Below, in pieces: positions 9,028 to 18,298 of a DNA stretch of 64,000 bases (position 1 is its first letter; each line of letters starts with the position of its first letter). The notes under the pieces are model-generated. The model made no database searches, was not told the origin of the DNA, and was given only the letters and a program-made list of their open reading frames with translations. A program made the position numbers and the translations under genes. The stretch comes from an uncultured Clostridia bacterium (GTDB lineage Bacteria; Bacillota; Clostridia; Christensenellales; CAG-314). The stretch is from contig CALVWF010000003.1 of NCBI GenBank assembly GCA_944364615.1, positions 26,428 through 90,427 of the forward strand. Direction: 5' to 3'.

Positions 9028-11490
9028 ATGAAAAAACATTTTATTGCCCTTTTAAGCATGATGATGTGCTTCGTGCTGTCCGTCGGTATTTTTACCGCTT
9101 GCGACACCGAAACGGAAGTTCCGAAAAAATACACGATATCTTTTTATGACGGCGATGAACTCGTTGATACGATAGAAACTTACGGCAACGAAGAAATATC
9201 GATGCCCGCAGCGCCCAAGAAAGAAGGATTTACGTTCAAGGGCTGGTTTTCGGATAAGGGTATATGGAAGGATGAATTGACAAAGGATACTTTTGTCGGA
9301 CAGGTATTGACGGAAGACGTCAACGTCTATGCGTATTACCTCGAAAACGAAACGCCTGTCGCTTCGGAATACACGATCACATTTTATATAGACGGGGAGG
9401 CGGTCGATAGCATAGAAACTTCGGGAAACGAACGCCTGACGTTGCCTGCCGCGCCGGAGAAGGACGATCATACTTTTGAAGGCTGGTTTTTCGATAACGG
9501 GACATGGCAGGAACGGTTGACGGCAAACACATACGAAGAAACTCCGCTTACGGAAGACGTGAGCGTGTATGCGTATTACAAAAAGATCGGAGGATCGGAG
9601 CCCGAACAACCGCAGGAATATACCGTGATTTTCGAAGTGGATCACGGGACTCCGATAGCCCCGATAACAACGTCGCGGATAGACGAAGAGCCGCAGACGA
9701 CCCGTGACGGATACACTTTTGCGGGGTGGTATAAAGACGGCGGATTCGTCAAAAAAGCGGTCTTCCCGTACGAGGTGACGGAGGATCAGACGCTTTACGC
9801 GAAATGGGAGAAGAACAAATACACGGTGCGTTTCGATACCGACGGCGGAACGTATGTAAGCGATATGATAGTATCGGTCATAGACCGATCGCCGGAAACG
9901 ACAAAAGACGGATATGAGTTCGAAGGCTGGTATACGGATAAAACTTTCTCGAACAAAATCTCTTTCCCGTACGAGGTGACGGAAGATCAGACGCTTTATG
10001 CGAAATGGACGCAGAGCGGATCGGAAAAGATCGTTTTCTCCGTTGACGCCAACGGCGTTCTGACGGGAGTGAGCGGTCTGTCGGGAAGCGACATAACGGT
10101 AGAGATCCCGTCCGAGGTCAACGGCATCACGGTCACGGAGATAGGAAAGGACGTTTTCAAGGATAATAAGAACGTCGGCAGACTTATCATTCCCGATTCC
10201 GTGACGAAACTCGGTTATCGGATGTGCTCCGGCTGTACGGCTTTGAGCGAAGTGCGCCTGCCTGCCGGACTTACGGTGATACCCGACGAGGCTTTCGACG
10301 GATGCTCGTCGCTGCGAACGGTTAACTTCCCCGATACTTTGAAGGAGATCCGTTCCGACGCTTTCTGCGGCACGGATCTGACTGAGTTTATCGCGCCGGA
10401 TTCGCTCACAAACGTGTGGTCCTACGCTTTTAAGGATTGCGCCGCTCTCTCGGCGGTCGAACTGAAAAATGTGCGCAGCGTAGGAGACGGCGCTTTCGGG
10501 AACTGCACGGCTTTGCGATCGATCCGTTTATCGGATAAAATGACGGAGCTGTCCGATCATATATTCGACGGATGTTCGTCGCTTGCGGATATCGATATGC
10601 CGGACAATCCGATAGCCGTATCGTTTTCCGTGTTTAACGGAACGGCGTATTACAATGAACCGTCCAATTGGGAAAACGGAGTGCTCTATGTGGACGGCTA
10701 TCTCATAGCGGTTAGCAAGGATTTTGCTCCGCTGACCGAATATACGGTAAAAGACGGCACGATAGTGATCGCGGACGATGCGTTTTCCGGAGTCGGTTAT
10801 TCGTCGAAACTGAAGAAGATGACATTGCCGACCGGCTTGTATCGCATCGGGCAGTACGCTTTCTCAAAGCTCTTTTCGCTTACCGAGATCAATATCCCCG
10901 ATACGGTGCGTTCCATCGGTTACGGAGCGTTCAGCGGAACGGGATACGACGCGGATACGAACTATATAAACGGCGGATTGTATATAGGAAATTGGCTGGT
11001 GGCGGTCAATAATGTTGCCATGACTTCGTTCACGGTACAGGAGGGGACAGTCGGCGTGGCTGACGGAAAAGATACGTCGCTTTTTCCGACGAGAGCGCAG
11101 AAGATCACCGTTTTGGAGTTGCCTTCGTCGTTAAGATATATCGGGTCGCGGAGCTTTGCCCGTCTTAGGATCACGGAACTGAGACTGCCGTCGGAGCTGC
11201 AGACGTTGGGCAACGGCGCATTTGCGAGTTGCTCGGCATTGAATACCGTAAATCTCGGCGATTGTTCCGGGTTGGAGAGCATAGGCGAAAAAGCGTTTTC
11301 CGAGGCGGCGATCTCGGAAATAACGATCCCCGAAAGCGTGGTTTCCGTTGGCGAACTGGTTTTCAACAACAATACGGTCGATCTTACGGTCATTTGCGAA
11401 GTTGCGGAAAGACCCGAAGGTTGGGATCCGGATTGGTCTTATACTTACAGACAGGGTATAGAGATAACGGTAGAGTGGAAAAATAGATAA
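9028..11490 (+). CDS. BspA-like leucine-rich-repeat surface lipoprotein with Listeria-Bacteroides (Flg_new) repeats, intact copy
   Basis: GGGAGG lies 7 nt before the ATG at 9028. Signal peptide MKKHFIALLSMMMCFVLSVGIFTAC has a lipobox. Four Flg_new modules (..GWF/GWY..YAYY / TLYAKW) are followed by about 20 LRR_5 units (IPDSVT.IG..AF..C..L). G+C is visibly higher than the flanks. Confidence 0.9.
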   Translation: MKKHFIALLSMMMCFVLSVGIFTACDTETEVPKKYTISFYDGDELVDTIETYGNEEISMPAAPKKEGFTFKGWFSDKGIWKDELTKDTFVGQVLTEDVNVYAYYLENETPVASEYTITFYIDGEAVDSIETSGNERLTLPAAPEKDDHTFEGWFFDNGTWQERLTANTYEETPLTEDVSVYAYYKKIGGSEPEQPQEYTVIFEVDHGTPIAPITTSRIDEEPQTTRDGYTFAGWYKDGGFVKKAVFPYEVTEDQTLYAKWEKNKYTVRFDTDGGTYVSDMIVSVIDRSPETTKDGYEFEGWYTDKTFSNKISFPYEVTEDQTLYAKWTQSGSEKIVFSVDANGVLTGVSGLSGSDITVEIPSEVNGITVTEIGKDVFKDNKNVGRLIIPDSVTKLGYRMCSGCTALSEVRLPAGLTVIPDEAFDGCSSLRTVNFPDTLKEIRSDAFCGTDLTEFIAPDSLTNVWSYAFKDCAALSAVELKNVRSVGDGAFGNCTALRSIRLSDKMTELSDHIFDGCSSLADIDMPDNPIAVSFSVFNGTAYYNEPSNWENGVLYVDGYLIAVSKDFAPLTEYTVKDGTIVIADDAFSGVGYSSKLKKMTLPTGLYRIGQYAFSKLFSLTEINIPDTVRSIGYGAFSGTGYDADTNYINGGLYIGNWLVAVNNVAMTSFTVQEGTVGVADGKDTSLFPTRAQKITVLELPSSLRYIGSRSFARLRITELRLPSELQTLGNGAFASCSALNTVNLGDCSGLESIGEKAFSEAAISEITIPESVVSVGELVFNNNTVDLTVICEVAERPEGWDPDWSYTYRQGIEITVEWKNR
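9763..10008 (+). repeat. internal tandem module repeat, 201-nt period (67 aa)
   Basis: TTCCCGTACGAGGTGACGGA(G/A)GATCAGACGCTTTA(C/T)GCGAAATGG occurs at 9763-9807 and again at 9964-10008. Confidence 0.85.
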
Positions 11491-11859
11491 GGTATCCGTT
11501 ATCGGCATTGCGGGGCTGATCTTCCCCGAGAGGTTTTCGCTGCGCATTATATTGGGAGCATATATGCGCATTGCGCTTGTCTGCGGTACGGATAGCAATA
11601 TTCACTCAGGTACCGACCGTTCGAAAATGTCAAGACTCTTTTATCAGGAAGCCGGATCTGCGTGACTGCGATCGTTAAAAGGCTGCGAAAGCCCCTGCCG
11701 ACATTCCCGATCCGAAGGCGCGATCCGTCTTACCGCCTATGCGTACGGGCGGCTTGGAATATCGGAACCTTGCAAGAATTCGTAAGTTTTGCGCTTGCTT
11801 TGAATGAGGTCATTCCCGCTCGTATCAAAGACAAGCACACGCCACGGTTGCAAATTGTT

Positions 11860-13109
11860 TTTTTGAGTCCGCTTTAAGGGACAATCGGGCATTCTACAAT
11901 TGCAGTGGCTTGACAAGCATAACCATACCCGACAGTGTCACAAGCATAGGAGAGAGGGCATTCTACAATTGCAGCAGCTTGACAAGTATAACCATACCCA
12001 ATAGCGTAACAAGCATAGGAAGTAATGCTTTCAAAGATTGTAAAAAACTTGCAAAAGTAGATCTTGCAAATGTTCAGTCGTTAGGACGTGGCGCTTTTTA
12101 AAATTGCACGTCGCTTACTTCTATAGTTATTCCCGACAGCGCAACCGACATCGGCGAACACAGTATTTTCAGCGGATGTACGGCGCTTGCCGATATAGAT
12201 ATGCCTTCGCACGCTGTTGAAGTAGAGTATTCGATGTTCGATTATACAGCCTATTATGAAAATCCGGCAAACTGGATTGACGGAGTTTTATACGTAGACG
12301 GTTATCTCATTTGTGGCGAGGCAGCAACTTCCGGTAACGTTACGATTACTTTAAAACCCGGAACGTTGACAATAGCAAACAATGCTTTTCAGTACTTCGA
12401 CAATAACTCGGCAAACGGCAGATTGATGGCAGTATATTTCAACGACGGATTGAGTATTATCGGAGCACAGGCATTTTACTACTGCGATTATCTTACAACG
12501 ATAGGAGAAATTCCATCCACCGTAAGCACCGTTGGGCATGACGCATTTAAGTATACCGCTTACTACAACTCGGATTCAAATTGGCAAAACAACGCTTTGT
12601 ACGTGTCCGGTTGGTTGGTGGCAATAAAAGATGTCGACTTGACTACGCTTGAAATAAAAGAAAGTACTGTAGGCGTTGCCGATGCTGCGGATAGCGGTTC
12701 GTTGTTCTCATCGAAAGCACGTGCGGTTACGTCTGTATCATTGCCGTCTACACTCAGATATATAGGCAGAAACAGTTTTGCGTACATCAAAGTTACGGAT
12801 ATAGCGTTGCCGTCATCTATTGTTTCGATAGGTTACAAGGCGTTTTACCAATGTTCTGCTCTTACAAATGTCGTTACGGAAGATTGCAATGCATTGACAA
12901 CGATCGGAGACCAGGCATTTTCCGCCTGCTCGATTTCCAAAATCTATATTCCCGCATCGGTATTAAACATGGGAAGTCTTATATTCAATCACAATTACAC
13001 AGACATTACGGTAAATTGCGGAGCATCGGAAAAGCCGCAAGGCTGGCAAAGTGATTGGTCTTACTCTTACCGCGAATCGGCAACGGTAACGGTAGTTTGG
13101 GCAGATTAG
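11860..13109 (+). pseudogene. BspA-like LRR protein, decayed copy 3 (no N-terminus, in-frame TAA)
   Basis: The ORFs 11910-12101 and 12201-13109 share one frame and are split only by the TAA at 12099-12101 (GRGAF-stop-NCTSLTSIVIP). The frame is open upstream only to a TGA at 11805, with no signal peptide or Flg_new repeats. The C-terminus EKPQGWQSDWSYSYRESATVTVVWAD parallels ERPEGWDPDWSYTYRQGIEITVEWKNR of the intact copy. The 5' limit is approximate. Confidence 0.8.
11887..12024 (+). repeat. 69-bp tandem duplication (one 23-aa LRR unit, two copies)
   Basis: Unit 1 (11887-11955) and unit 2 (11956-12024) both begin GGGCATTCTACAATTGCAG. About 58 of 69 nt are identical by hand alignment. Confidence 0.85.
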
Positions 13110-13164
13110 TTACAATCGAATAAAGGCTGTGCTGACTGCAGCGTCGGATAGGGTTTTGCTGACC

Positions 13165-13194
13165 GACTGTTCTGCTTTCGGCACAGTCTTTTTT
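13165..13194 (+). terminator. probable intrinsic terminator
   Basis: GACTGT, 12-nt loop, ACAGTC, then TTTTTT, about 55 nt after the stop at 13109. Confidence 0.5.
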
Positions 13195-13421
13195 GCGTTT
13201 AAAATTAGTGGAAGTTTTTTTGAATGTCTTGAGAACAAAAGACAGGAAGAACAATGTCTGATTCAATACAAGTTAGCGCAAAGGTGTGCTAGTTGGTACG
13301 TTTTGTGCCTCTTTTGTTTTGCCGAAGGAATTTTTTTTACAAATGAGAATCTTTTGCTTGCAATTTTTAAATAAGGTAGTAAACTGAAATATGTAACAGT
13401 TTAGTTTGCGGAGGGAAAAAC

Positions 13422-14612
13422 ATGCAAATGACGCCTGCATTAAAGAAACATTTTGAATGGAAAGGGAAGATTGAAACAAAAGTAAAAGTTCCCGTCAATA
13501 CCGAACAGGATTTGGCGCTTGCCTATACGCCGGGGGTTGCAGATGCCTGTCTTGCAATAAAAGAGCAACCCGAACTTAGTTTCGCGCTGACAGGAAGAGC
13601 AAATACCGTAGCCGTAATTACCGACGGTACTGCCATATTGGGACTGGGGAACATAGGGCCTGAAGCGGGCATGCCTGTAATGGAAGGAAAATGTGCGCTG
13701 TTCAAGCATTTCGGCAATGTGGACGCATTTCCGATCTGTTTGGGTACTACCGATACGCAGGAAATAATCCGCACGGTCAGCCTGTTGCAGGGAAGTTTCG
13801 GCGGTATAAACCTCGAAGACATTTCCGCACCGAGATGTTTTGAAATCGAACAGACTTTAAAAAAGCAGTTGGACATCCCTGTATTTCACGACGATCAGCA
13901 CGGTACGGCAATAGTGGTAGGCGCTGCATTGATCAACGCTCTTAAAGTTGTAAAAAAAGATATCAACGACATTACGGCGGTTGTAAACGGCGCAGGTGCG
14001 GCAGGTACTGCTATAGGAAAATATCTGCTCAGACTGGGCGTAAATGACGTCATCATGTGCGACAAAGCAGGTATACTTTGCAAAGGAGAAGTGTATGAAA
14101 ACAAAGCGCATGAAGAAATTGCTCTTATCACAAATAAACATTCAAAAAAAGGTACGCTTTCCGACGCATTGAAAGGCGCGGATTTGTTTGTGGGAGTATC
14201 TGTAGGTAACATTGTTTCTTCAAAAATGATTGCGTCTATGAATACGGGAGCAATAGTATTTGCATTGGCAAATCCCATTCCGGAAATATCTCCCGAAAAG
14301 GCAATTTCAGGAGGTGCCGTCGTTGTGGGAACAGGCAGCAGTCAGCATCCCAATCAGATAAACAATGCACTCGTATTTCCTGGATTGTTCAGAGGTGCGT
14401 TGGATACAAGGGCCAGAGATATCAACATTGAAATGATGATGGCCGCGTCAAAAGGTATTGCGTCGGTTATTTCCGACGATGAACTCGCCCCTGACAACAT
14501 TTTACCTAAAGCAGTTGATCAGCGTGCTCATGACGCGGTTGCAAAGGCAGTTGCAAAGGCTGCAATTGACAGCGGTGTGGCAAGAAAGACCGACAAGGAC
14601 TCTGTTGTCTGA
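13422..14612 (+). CDS. NAD(P)-dependent malic enzyme (short MaeB-type)
   Basis: 396 aa with GGAGGG 6 nt before the ATG. LALAYTPGVA, ITDGTAILGLGNIGPEAGMPVMEGK and VVNGAGAAGTAIGK (Rossmann fold) are malic-enzyme signatures. Confidence 0.9.
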   Translation: MQMTPALKKHFEWKGKIETKVKVPVNTEQDLALAYTPGVADACLAIKEQPELSFALTGRANTVAVITDGTAILGLGNIGPEAGMPVMEGKCALFKHFGNVDAFPICLGTTDTQEIIRTVSLLQGSFGGINLEDISAPRCFEIEQTLKKQLDIPVFHDDQHGTAIVVGAALINALKVVKKDINDITAVVNGAGAAGTAIGKYLLRLGVNDVIMCDKAGILCKGEVYENKAHEEIALITNKHSKKGTLSDALKGADLFVGVSVGNIVSSKMIASMNTGAIVFALANPIPEISPEKAISGGAVVVGTGSSQHPNQINNALVFPGLFRGALDTRARDINIEMMMAASKGIASVISDDELAPDNILPKAVDQRAHDAVAKAVAKAAIDSGVARKTDKDSVV

Positions 14613-14786
14613 CAGTTATGTGATCTGTAACAGCAGGCAATACTACTACTTGTTTTATGCGTTTACTTGTAAAGTCGTCAGCGGTGACAACTCTTCGCAA
14701 TCGAATCAAACAGTTAACTCATAAACTTTGTCTGGAATCTGGGCATTAAACCTTTTATAATGCATTTCAGATTATGTATATTAAGC

Positions 14787-14822
14787 AAAACGGCGGAAAA
14801 CGTTTTAAGTTTCCGCCGTTTT
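14787..14822. terminator. bidirectional intrinsic terminator
   Basis: AAAACGGCGGAAA, 10-nt loop, TTTCCGCCGTTTT. Confidence 0.75.
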
Positions 14823-14995
14823 GCAATGTTTATTTGAAAACAAATACATCAGAAAATCAATTAATTTTACCTGTTTGATCAATCTTCGTTTTGTGTTTGT
14901 TTAGTTGAGCCTGAAACATATAGTAGTTGCGGTAAACACAACAAAGTTACGACTTTGGAACTCTGTGCCGATAATTAAACTATATATTTGTACTA

Positions 14996-15024
14996 TTGAC
15001 ATCAGGTGTTTGTTGTGATATAGT
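14996..15024 (+). promoter_or_regulatory. sigma-A type promoter (extended -10)
   Basis: TTGACA, 17 nt (ending in TGA), TATAGT, 28 nt before the ATG at 15052. Confidence 0.65.
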
Positions 15025-15051
15025 GTTGAAAAACGGGTAAGGAGGGCGAAA

Positions 15052-15510
15052 ATGAAACAGGAACTTTCCCATACCGACAAATTGCGACGAAGCAGCAAAC
15101 GTTTACTCAAATGGAGTACTTTCTTTGTAGTGCTCGGCCTTGTGCCTCTTGCCGTAAATGCTCTCAAACTTTTGTCATCGTTAATAGCCGTTGTATATAT
15201 ATTGATATTGATTTTAATTGTGGTCATTACGCTTTTTCTGATATTACTCAATGAGGATTTCAGAAAAATGTTCAATGTAGACGGTATCGAAGACATTCAC
15301 ATGTTTATTGACGAAGCCAACAAAGTCTTTCGGTACGTTGTACCCGTGCTCGGCGGAATGACAATTTTGTTTTCCGTGATCAGCATTTTACTTACAGTCA
15401 AAAACAGTACAGGCGGAGAAAAAACGGGACGCATAGTTTGGGCGTCGTTACTCATATTTTTCAGCATTGCGGAAATGGCGGTATTTTATATTGCGACAGG
15501 GGCATTTTGA
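15052..15510 (+). CDS. hypothetical membrane protein (152 aa, about 4 TM segments)
   Basis: AAGGAGGG lies before the ATG. The sequence contains hydrophobic helices. I recognise no motif. Confidence 0.65.
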   Translation: MKQELSHTDKLRRSSKRLLKWSTFFVVLGLVPLAVNALKLLSSLIAVVYILILILIVVITLFLILLNEDFRKMFNVDGIEDIHMFIDEANKVFRYVVPVLGGMTILFSVISILLTVKNSTGGEKTGRIVWASLLIFFSIAEMAVFYIATGAF

Positions 15511-15689
15511 CGCTGTTTTCCTGTCACGTTACTCTGTTTTAAAGTAAAACGGTGTGCAAGGCTAAAACAAATCGGAGTTAAAGTCGCGTTTAATACTTAA
15601 AAACAAACAACACCTTACGGCTTCCTGTGAATCGGTTTCGAATGTAAATCGATTCTTCCAAAATTTGCTGTGTATTGTGTCCCAATCAG

Positions 15690-15718
15690 TTGTCAAATAC
15701 AAACCGTTGTGATATAAT
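15690..15718 (+). promoter_or_regulatory. sigma-A type promoter of tRNA-Glu
   Basis: TTGTCA, 17 nt, TATAAT. The -10 box ends 11 nt before tRNA position 1. Confidence 0.7.
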
Positions 15719-15729
15719 CACAACGTTAA

Positions 15730-15805
15730 GCCCTCATGGTCTAGGGGCCTAGGACGGCGCCCTCTCACGGCGCAAACAGGGGTTCGAATCCCCTTGGGGG
15801 TACCA
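15730..15805 (+). tRNA. tRNA-Glu (anticodon CTC), CCA encoded
   Basis: Hand fold: acceptor GCCCTCA/TGGGGGT (two G-U pairs); D arm GTCT..GGAC; anticodon stem GCGCC/GGCGC with loop C-T-C-T-C-A-C; T arm AGGGG-TTCGAAT-CCCCT. It aligns position by position with canonical bacterial tRNA-Glu. Confidence 0.9.
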
Positions 15806-15811
15806 TTAAAA

Positions 15812-15847
15812 AGGTTTGAACGGTAAAACCGCTCAAGCCTTTTTTTA
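15812..15847 (+). terminator. intrinsic terminator of tRNA-Glu
   Basis: AGGTTTGAACGG..ACCGCTCAAGCCT followed by TTTTTT. Confidence 0.75.
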
Positions 15848-16617
15848 TACACAATGTCGAAGTTCTAAAACGAAAATCCGACTTGTATCGAGACGGAAGT
15901 TAAAAAGGATTTTACACCTTTTACAAAACTTTTCTATTATTTCGTCCGAATTGTCGAGCAACAGTAGCAAATTGTTTAACGACGCTTAATTACGAACTAA
16001 ATTCAATAATTCGCATCATTTTATACGATAAATATTTAAACAAAATAAAAACCGAGCGGTTGTAATTTTGACTCTTTTTAAAATCAATAAAATATTTTTG
16101 AATTATAAGGTAAATGGTCGTTAAAAACTATGATATTTCAGTCTTTAAAATCTTTTTGCCCGCATTTTTTTGAAACAGAGTAAATTTTAATCAGAAGCGT
16201 TAAATTGCAATCGGTATATATAAAAACGCTGTTTAGCAATCTGTTTTCAATTTAGGCTATAAAATCTGTATGTGAGCGTTTGTTGAAGTTTTTGTAGTTG
16301 ACGGCTATTATAATGGAAGTCGGTCGCTGTTTCTGTGCATCCGTTTACTCGTTTTTAAAATGAAATTTACTTAAAAAATTCGGCAAAAACAATTAAATAT
16401 TTTAGCACTAATTGGCATTAGTGCAATTACGGTAAACGGTCGTAACAGTACTGTAACGTCGGTGTTGATTCGATGCTGAACCGACGGAACTGATTTTATT
16501 CACATATAGTTTGTTTGTCGGCTTATTTATTTAAAAAGCCCAGAACTGTATTTATTGCTTTTCGGGCAACTCGTATTCTGAACAAGAATAAATTAATCTT
16601 ATTGCTTAGCGAATGTA

Positions 16618-16647
16618 AATAAAAAGCATCCGTCCTGAGACGGATGC
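16618..16647 (-). terminator. intrinsic terminator of the ZIP transporter gene
   Basis: Minus strand reads GCATCCGTC-TCAG-GACGGATGC followed by TTTTTATTT, about 48 nt after the stop. Confidence 0.85.
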
Positions 16648-16694
16648 CATTTAATTAAGAGTCGTTTACAATATAAACAATAGCGTTGTTTTTT

Positions 16695-17564
16695 TTACAC
16701 AAACAATATGACAACTCCGACGAGAAGTCCTACGAGCATTGCGAAAGCAGGGGCTTTTGAACGCCACATAAGTATGGCTTCGGGAAGCAGTTCGCCAAAT
16801 ACGACATACAGCATTGCGCCGCTTGCAAAACTGAGCGAAAGGGCAAGCATGACAGGGCTGAGCGTACCGAGAAAGTATCCGAACATCGCACCGAGTATAG
16901 TAGGTATGCCTGTAACGGCGGTGAGCAGAGTTGCTTTTAATTTTTTCATCCCTCCGGCAACAAGCGGTACGGATACCGCCATTCCTTCGGGAATATTATG
17001 CAATCCTATAACTATGGCAGTTGCCAGTCCTCCTACGCTTCCCGTGACTTCATCGCTTGCATACGACGCACCGATAACCATCCCCTCAGGGAAATTGTGC
17101 AAAGCAATCGCAAATGCCATCACAAGACCCGCAATAAAAAGTTGGCTAAGTGACTTTTGGGCTTTTGTTTGCTCGTATTCTTTTTTATGTTCGTCATAGT
17201 GATCACTGTGAATCAATTCCGACAGCTGATCTGCCGTTTTCGGGTGATCTTTATCGATATGCTTTACTTGAGGATTTGTTTTTCTGTCGATGACCGCATT
17301 TAACAGGTAGATGAGGGTAAATCCGACTGCCGTCATCGCTACTACAAATAAAACATGACCGTTAGAATCGGGAACCTGACTTAGTGCAGTCGAAAGTAAA
17401 TCGAGACATACTATGCAAAGCATTACGCCGCCCGCAAAACTCAAAAGCAAACTGACGATTTTTTCGGAATTTCGTGTAAATAAAACACCAATCAACCCGC
17501 CTAAACCGGTGCCGACAACTCCGGCTATTGCAGTTATTACAACAACAAAAGCAAATGTACTCAT
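16695..17564 (-). CDS. ZIP family metal (zinc) transporter
   Basis: 289 aa. HNFPEGMVIGASY and GLHNIPEGMAVSVP are ZIP signature helices. A His-rich cytoplasmic loop reads HIDKDHPKTADQLSELIHSDHYDEH. Confidence 0.9.
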   Translation of the reverse strand: MSTFAFVVVITAIAGVVGTGLGGLIGVLFTRNSEKIVSLLLSFAGGVMLCIVCLDLLSTALSQVPDSNGHVLFVVAMTAVGFTLIYLLNAVIDRKTNPQVKHIDKDHPKTADQLSELIHSDHYDEHKKEYEQTKAQKSLSQLFIAGLVMAFAIALHNFPEGMVIGASYASDEVTGSVGGLATAIVIGLHNIPEGMAVSVPLVAGGMKKLKATLLTAVTGIPTILGAMFGYFLGTLSPVMLALSLSFASGAMLYVVFGELLPEAILMWRSKAPAFAMLVGLLVGVVILFV

Positions 17565-17801
17565 AAAAATTTAACCTATATATTTTTTCTAATGTCAATA
17601 AGTGCTGATTTGCAGTTAAAATCGTGTCGTGACTCAACACAATGAATATGATATCACAAATGACTGCTAAGCACAACTGTTTACGCAATGCTGACTTTTT
17701 TTGCCGTTCAAATTCAACGCTTGAAAAAGGCCGGTCTTTTAAAGCTGTGCAATGTTTTTGTAAATAGAAGGGCATTGTTAGTCGCATAGGTAAGTTACTT
17801 T

Positions 17802-17851
17802 AGACTGAAAATACCTAACAGGTTATACTAAATCGTAGGTTATTTCAGACT
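17802..17851. repeat. imperfect 16-nt inverted repeat
   Basis: AGACTGAAAATACCTA (17802-17817) versus the reverse complement of TAGGTTATTTCAGACT (17836-17851): 13 of 16 match, with an 18-nt spacer. Confidence 0.4.
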
Positions 17852-18298
17852 TTGTTTTAAAACAACACGTTTGCAATCTGCAAGGCGCAATCTGCTTTAA
17901 AACCGGTAAAACACGAAATACAGTATATTGTGACAAATTGAAGTCGGTAGGTAATTGTCGCAGTTGATTTTTTTACGCATTTGTGATATACAATATATAG
18001 ACAATCAAACTTGAAACTGCTTTGCACGTTGAGTCGGTTGGATTACTGTAAAATTAATCGGCAATGATCTTGAACAGACACTTAAAAAGAAAGTGCGTAA
18101 CGGCAAATTGTAAATGGTAAAGGGTGTTTTTGTCCTGAAACCAACAGCGTTTGTAGGAATACTAAACAGTCATCGGTAACCGAAAATGCGATATAAGAGC
18201 AAGTGATTTGCGCAAATATAATCAGAATACAGTTAAATTAAGGTGGTAGCGTTATTAAATCAAATATAAAAAAGCAATTCTATTGCGATAAAAATCTG

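Noticed and set aside
11662-11877. 71-aa plus-strand ORF in the spacer after the intact LRR gene.
   Set aside because: It has no RBS, its peptide is Arg/Pro-rich and not protein-like, and it lies in a compositionally odd spacer.
8600-11880. Terminal inverted or direct repeats bounding the GC-rich LRR block, as for a transposon-like element.
   Set aside because: Only an 8-nt inverted match (CAATTTGC / GCAAATTG) lies near the two junctions, which is too short to be meaningful. There is no transposase.
14901-15296. 131-aa minus-strand ORF overlapping the 15052 gene and its promoter.
   Set aside because: It has no RBS and low-complexity composition. It conflicts with a plus-strand gene that has a promoter, an RBS and TM helices.
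16402-16428. CIRCE-like palindrome TTAGCACTAATTGGCATTAGTGCAA.
   Set aside because: The left half matches TTAGCACT, but the stem spacing is wrong (4-nt loop or 8-nt spacer instead of N9). The right half deviates. No chaperone gene or promoter is nearby.
15806-16690. An att-site duplicate of the tRNA-Glu 3' end that would mark an integrated element.
   Set aside because: By eye I found no copy of GGTTCGAATCCCC or the acceptor 3' strand downstream. There is also no integrase.
17565-17700. A Zur box upstream of the ZIP transporter.
   Set aside because: I found no sequence resembling TCGTAAT-N-ATTACGA. Only the weak palindrome TGATATCA is present.
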